Assembly (NCBI GenBank): GCA_902635455.1 | Contig: CACPNW010000001.1 | Span: 5,214-69,213, forward strand | Length of the DNA stretch: 64,000 nucleotides | Direction: 5' to 3' | From: an uncultured Alphaproteobacteria bacterium | GTDB taxonomy: Bacteria > Pseudomonadota > Alphaproteobacteria > HIMB59 > GCA-002718135 | Part shown: piece by piece, positions 60,126-64,000 of the stretch | Numbering within the stretch: the first letter of the stretch is position 1 | Layout: every line of letters begins with the position of its first letter | Translations under genes and position numbers: made by a program | Notes under the pieces: model-generated | Database searches by the model: none | The model's input: only the letters and a program-made list of their open reading frames with translations | What the model was told of the DNA's origin: nothing

Positions 60126-62137
60126 TTACTTTTATCTTTTTTATCTTTTTTGTCGTTATTGCTAATATTTAATAAAGCAGGATCATTTGTATAAACAGGT
60201 ATATGAACAGGTTTTAAAATTGTTTTTTCTTTTATTACTTCGGTTGGAACAATTTTATCGACTGGAACTTCTTTGATAACTTCTTTTACAATAGTATCTA
60301 TTTGTTTTACTGTTTTAGTTTCAACTATTTTTTTGATTCTTGGACGTCTAACAAATCTAAGTACTCTAATTAAGTTTGTGCCTAACATAGAATGTCTTTT
60401 TTCTGGATGAACTGTTCTAAGAACTTCAGAGCCAAAAGCTACAGCTGTTCCTGTCATAGCAACAACTAAAGCCATTGCTCCAAACCAAATAGTTTCTGTG
60501 AAATCCAAACAGTCAGATGATATATCAGCTGCAGATTGAGCAGGAATCAGATTATTATCTTCATCTAGCATTCCACACGATGAATACATCCAAAGAGGGA
60601 TTTTTAGGGCAAAATTATGTATTATAGAACTAGTAGATAGAATATTATATTCATCTTTTAAATCTATGTTGTCAGTTTTTATCTTATTTTTTTGATTTTG
60701 AAGTTCTTCAACTTTCACATTCTGTGTTTCTAAACTTTTGATTTTAGAGTCTCTCTCTTCTTCAATTATATTTTTATTTTTATTAAACTCTTCATTAATA
60801 GTATCGTTTTCCTCATCTATTTTTGAAATTAATTGATCAAATTGAGCACCTGTATTGCTTCTTTCAGAGTTTATAATTTCGATATCATTATCAAATTGCA
60901 CATTTATTTTTTTTATTTCTGTCTCTAAATTAGCTAATTCTTCTCTTACTGACTCCGTGTCCTGTGATATTCTTTTTTCAAGTTCAAGATTTAGATTATC
61001 AATTTCTAAATTTATTGACTTTTCTAAATCAATAAACTCTTTATCAATTTGTTTGAGCTCATTGTTGAATTGACTCTCCGCAATTGAGAGATCCTTTGTT
61101 AAATTGCTTGCAATGATAGAAATATCATTCCTTAATTCAGTAATTTGAATAGAAATTTTATCTTGTCTTTCATTAGACTCAGTTTCTCTTTTTTTAATTC
61201 TACCGCGATAACCCCATTTTTTTTCATCTAGTTCTTTATTAATATAGTTTTGCAGATCTCTTTTTTCATTTTCTAATTGTTTTGTTACATTATTTAAGTT
61301 TTCTTTTTTTGTTGCTTCCTCGTTAGATGCATTAAGTCTTTTATTTGCTATTTTTTGCTCATAATTAAATCTTACCTCATCTTTAGCTTTAGATTTGTTA
61401 GAATTAAGAGAGTTTGTTTGTCCAATTTTATTATTAAGTTTATCTCTCAATAATTGCTGAGCTTCAGAATTAGTTTTTTCTCTTAATTCATCTCTTTTTT
61501 CAATATAAGGTTTTAAAATATCATCTCTTCTATTATTTGCTTCTTTTATTTTATTAACATTTTCATCAAGCCTAGTTGACCTTTTGTCTTCATAGGCATC
61601 TATTCTTTCATTTACTTCATTTAAAGCTAGATCTCTTTGATTCTGAAAAAATAAAAGCTTACTCTGAAAATTTTCATTAATTGAATCTTCATTTAAAAGA
61701 CTAATTTCTTCAATTTTAGTATCAATATTATTTATTTTTGCATAATTTTTTTCTAGTTGATTAAGAAGAACATTTTGTTTTTGAGTCATAAAAGTAGAAT
61801 TTATCTCAAAACCAACTAGCATGGACTCAAATGTAACAAACATTACTATTATTAAAAAAGCTGAACCAACAACTTTCCACCAAATTTTAACAGAACGATA
61901 TATTGATATTACCAAAGGAATTCTACTAAGCTCAATTACACCTATTAAGAAGAATAATAAACCAGAGATGTAACCACCCTTTTTAATGGTCTCTTCCGTT
62001 GATAAACCTGTATCACCAAAAACTAAAAAATAACCAATTGAAAAACTAACCAATGCAGCAATAATTTCAATAGCCCAAGCAATTTTTAGTATCTTGTTTG
62101 CAGTTGAGTGATTAAGGTCTATTGTTGGCCTGCTCAT
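60122..62137 (-). CDS. large polytopic membrane protein with ~400-aa coiled-coil region, unknown function
   Basis: 671 aa. Three N-terminal TM segments are followed by about 400 aa of heptad-like K/E/N/D/L-rich sequence. One or two C-terminal TM segments flank a Cys pair, and the protein ends in a basic, K-rich tail. Confidence 0.6.
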   Translation of the reverse strand: MSRPTIDLNHSTANKILKIAWAIEIIAALVSFSIGYFLVFGDTGLSTEETIKKGGYISGLLFFLIGVIELSRIPLVISIYRSVKIWWKVVGSAFLIIVMFVTFESMLVGFEINSTFMTQKQNVLLNQLEKNYAKINNIDTKIEEISLLNEDSINENFQSKLLFFQNQRDLALNEVNERIDAYEDKRSTRLDENVNKIKEANNRRDDILKPYIEKRDELREKTNSEAQQLLRDKLNNKIGQTNSLNSNKSKAKDEVRFNYEQKIANKRLNASNEEATKKENLNNVTKQLENEKRDLQNYINKELDEKKWGYRGRIKKRETESNERQDKISIQITELRNDISIIASNLTKDLSIAESQFNNELKQIDKEFIDLEKSINLEIDNLNLELEKRISQDTESVREELANLETEIKKINVQFDNDIEIINSERSNTGAQFDQLISKIDEENDTINEEFNKNKNIIEEERDSKIKSLETQNVKVEELQNQKNKIKTDNIDLKDEYNILSTSSIIHNFALKIPLWMYSSCGMLDEDNNLIPAQSAADISSDCLDFTETIWFGAMALVVAMTGTAVAFGSEVLRTVHPEKRHSMLGTNLIRVLRFVRRPRIKKIVETKTVKQIDTIVKEVIKEVPVDKIVPTEVIKEKTILKPVHIPVYTNDPALLNISNNDKKDKKDKSK

Positions 62138-62183
62138 ATTTAGAGCAAAAAACTATCACAACTATAATAATAATAAATAATTA

Positions 62184-62402
62184 TTAATTACAAAATTCAT
62201 CCTTTTGTTGATAGACACATAAGAAAGTTTTTTGCTTTTCTTTTTCAAGCAGTATTAAGTTATTTATTATTCTTTCTTCCTTCATTTTCTCATTATATCC
62301 TTCAAGAAATCCCTGACTAAAACTCATAGCTTCAGTACTACATCCTGACAAATATAATGAAAATATTGAAATTATTAGAAAATATAGAATTTTTTTCTGC
62401 AT
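62184..62402 (-). CDS. small lipoprotein, unknown function
   Basis: 72 aa with a signal peptide carrying the lipobox LSGC. It is the first gene of the minus-strand cluster. Confidence 0.5.
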   Translation of the reverse strand: MQKKILYFLIISIFSLYLSGCSTEAMSFSQGFLEGYNEKMKEERIINNLILLEKEKQKTFLCVYQQKDEFCN

Positions 62403-62593
62403 ATTGTAATCAAATTTATTAATAGTATTAATTTGTCAATATTATGAATGAGTATTGTTTATATCTATTGATAACGTTATCTAATTATTTATGGCATTTT
62501 TAATTCATTAGTTAAGAGGGGTATTTTTATTTTAACATAATATTACCATATTGAATCCATGATTAGGCCCCATTCTTTTTTTATAAATAAAAT

Positions 62594-63445
62594 GTGGGTA
62601 TATACTTGGCTAAAAAGATTATTCTTTTTATTTTATCTCTAATCTTCGTCATTCTTTTACTTAGTGTTGCTAATGCTTCTGCAAAAGAACAGTCTAGTGC
62701 GGAGAAATTACTGGATTCAGTAATTGGATATTATACCCACAACCAAAACCACACTATGCATGCCACAAACTTGGGCTGGGACTTTTATACCAATATCAAA
62801 TACCGCAACTTTGAAATTGCTTACAATTTTACAAGGATTGCCGCAGAAGATAAACATCCCTATGCCATCAATAATTTAGGTGTCATGCATGAAGAAGGCT
62901 ACGCGGTTGATAAGGATGTAAACAAAGCCTTTGACCTATACCTAGAGGCATCTCAACTTCCTGGTGTTCCGTGGTTTGCTTATAGTAATCTTGGCAGATA
63001 TTTTCTGTTGGGAATTGGCAATGTTGACGCCTCCTACGATATGGCTAAGGAACACTTCACTAAAGCAAAAGAGTTAGGTGGAGAAAGAGCTACGACTGCC
63101 AGGATATATTTGCAGTGGCTCGAGGAGAAAGAGAGGTTACCAAATGATTACATGGAACTTGCTCTCTGGATGGAAGAACAAGCAAGTAAATCTAATGATG
63201 TCTTTATTATTCTTGGATGGTTGCTTGATGATTATAATTACGAGAATGCATATGAATGGTTTTATCTTGCCTCTCTGTTTGGAACTACTTTTGACCAGCC
63301 TCGGGCTACTGAAATTACATCAATGTTGGAACAGGAATTTTTAGAACAGGAAACTTTTATGAAAGCAAGACACAAAGCTCTTCGCTGGTTGGCAAATAAC
63401 ATGAATGATGAAGATTTTAAACCATCGGCAGCTTGTCAATCTTAA
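62594..63445 (+). CDS. secreted Sel1-like (TPR-family) repeat protein
   Basis: GTG start and signal peptide ...SVANASA. It has a Sel1-type repeat (YAINNLGVMHEEGYAVDKDVNKAFDLYLEASQ) and further degenerate repeats. G+C is visibly higher than in the backbone. Confidence 0.75.
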   Translation: MGIYLAKKIILFILSLIFVILLLSVANASAKEQSSAEKLLDSVIGYYTHNQNHTMHATNLGWDFYTNIKYRNFEIAYNFTRIAAEDKHPYAINNLGVMHEEGYAVDKDVNKAFDLYLEASQLPGVPWFAYSNLGRYFLLGIGNVDASYDMAKEHFTKAKELGGERATTARIYLQWLEEKERLPNDYMELALWMEEQASKSNDVFIILGWLLDDYNYENAYEWFYLASLFGTTFDQPRATEITSMLEQEFLEQETFMKARHKALRWLANNMNDEDFKPSAACQS

Positions 63446-63453
63446 GTGAATCT

Positions 63454-64000
63454 GTGTTGTCTTTTACTCGAAACAGATATCATTCTTTTTGTATTGCTAT
63501 AGTTCTTTTACTATCGCTCTTTTCTTTACCAATTAAAGCCCATCCTCACCCTCATGAAGATCCTTACCCTGATTGGCACAATCTCTCTAATGACTTTTAT
63601 TGTTCTATCTACAGTTCCTATATTAAACAAAACAAATTAATTTCCTCTATTCAATTTAACTATTGGAAAAAACCCAGTAATAATCCTATACAACTTCAAG
63701 TTTATTTTCCTGACATTATTGATTATCAAAAACCATCTGAACTTAAAATCTTTCTAAACAACGGTAAGTCTGTAAAACATCCCATGTTTACCATAGACCG
63801 TTTTGAGCGAAGTATTTGGCTCCTTAATAATAATGAAGAAGAAATACTCACTACTTTAATGAAGGCTAGACTAATTACAGTTTCAGCTATTGGAAGAAGT
63901 GGGAAAGAATATTTATTGAAGTTTGGCGTGTATCCTAAAAAGTTTATGAAAGAAAAAGAATGGCTATATAATTGCATGGAGAGAGATAAAAATCAATTAA
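63454..64000 (+). CDS. secreted hypothetical protein, 5' part (runs off the window); not in the supplied ORF track
   Basis: The frame is open from GTG 63454 / TTG 63457 to the window end. It encodes signal peptide SFTRNRYHSFCIAIVLLLSLFSLPIKA, then HPHPHEDPYPDWHN... The listed antisense ORF 63726-63977 is probably spurious. Confidence 0.5.
   Translation, partial: MLSFTRNRYHSFCIAIVLLLSLFSLPIKAHPHPHEDPYPDWHNLSNDFYCSIYSSYIKQNKLISSIQFNYWKKPSNNPIQLQVYFPDIIDYQKPSELKIFLNNGKSVKHPMFTIDRFERSIWLLNNNEEEILTTLMKARLITVSAIGRSGKEYLLKFGVYPKKFMKEKEWLYNCMERDKNQL

Larger units (their letters stand above)
57074..64000. mobile_element. probable integrated genomic island (left end at the recombinase; right end beyond the window)
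   Basis: A recombinase with an adjacent core-type inverted repeat is followed by non-housekeeping cargo of mosaic composition. Hand counts give 27/60 G+C at 63001-63060 and 26/60 at 58801-58860, against 7/60 at 56221-56280. Confidence 0.5.

Noticed and set aside
60855-61073. 72-aa plus-strand ORF inside the coiled-coil gene
   Set aside because: It is antisense to the long uninterrupted 671-aa frame. Its S/L/I-rich product is the complement of the K/E/N-rich coil.
63078-63344. 88-aa plus-strand ORF in another frame of the Sel1 gene
   Set aside because: The Sel1 frame has a signal peptide and recognisable repeats. The alternative frame opens only because this segment is GC-richer.
63726-63977. 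83-aa minus-strand ORF near the window end
   Set aside because: The plus strand carries a longer open frame (63454 to the edge) with a signal peptide and tight spacing to the preceding gene, so the minus ORF is likely its shadow.

Overview
The window is very AT-rich and tightly packed, with many 1-4 nt gene overlaps and almost no intergenic DNA. Gene content and order (yajC-secDF, sodB, uvrA/ssb, gyrA-coaD, recG-sdhE-mfd, tmk-holB-metG-tatD, glycine-riboswitch-gcvTHP, cysEK, metY) look like a streamlined marine alphaproteobacterium of the SAR11/Pelagibacterales type; that assignment is inferred from the sequence alone, with no database search. About 57 kb is housekeeping backbone carrying two tRNAs (Lys-UUU, Ser-UGA), a clear tandem glycine riboswitch and a candidate SAM-II/V-like pseudoknot leader before metY. 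Most worth a second look: (1) the right end (57074 to the window edge) looks like a mosaic genomic island. It opens with a Cre-like tyrosine recombinase that has a 9-6-9 inverted-repeat core-type site at its own 5' end, followed by a higher-GC canonical sirtuin. Next is a tightly coupled four-gene envelope operon of unknown function: a lipoprotein, a 671-aa polytopic membrane protein with about 400 aa of coiled coil, a bitopic membrane protein and a secreted nuclease-like protein. A higher-GC Sel1-repeat secreted protein and an ORF that runs off the window complete it. The envelope operon is my best candidate for an undescribed system. (2) A 220-nt gap (35380-35600) holds four consecutive perfect hairpins ending in an intrinsic terminator. 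It overlaps a 32-codon hydrophobic mini-ORF and sits directly before a nucleoside-deaminase gene. (3) A six-gene minus-strand operon of unknown pathway encodes a class IV aminotransferase, a sulfotransferase-fold protein, an FAH-family hydratase, an ABC-2 exporter and a PhyH dioxygenase, and is preceded by two strong hairpins. I saw no CRISPR array, rRNA, transposase or obvious known defense system. All functional calls come from motif recognition by eye, so coordinates of RNA elements and alternative starts need computational confirmation.
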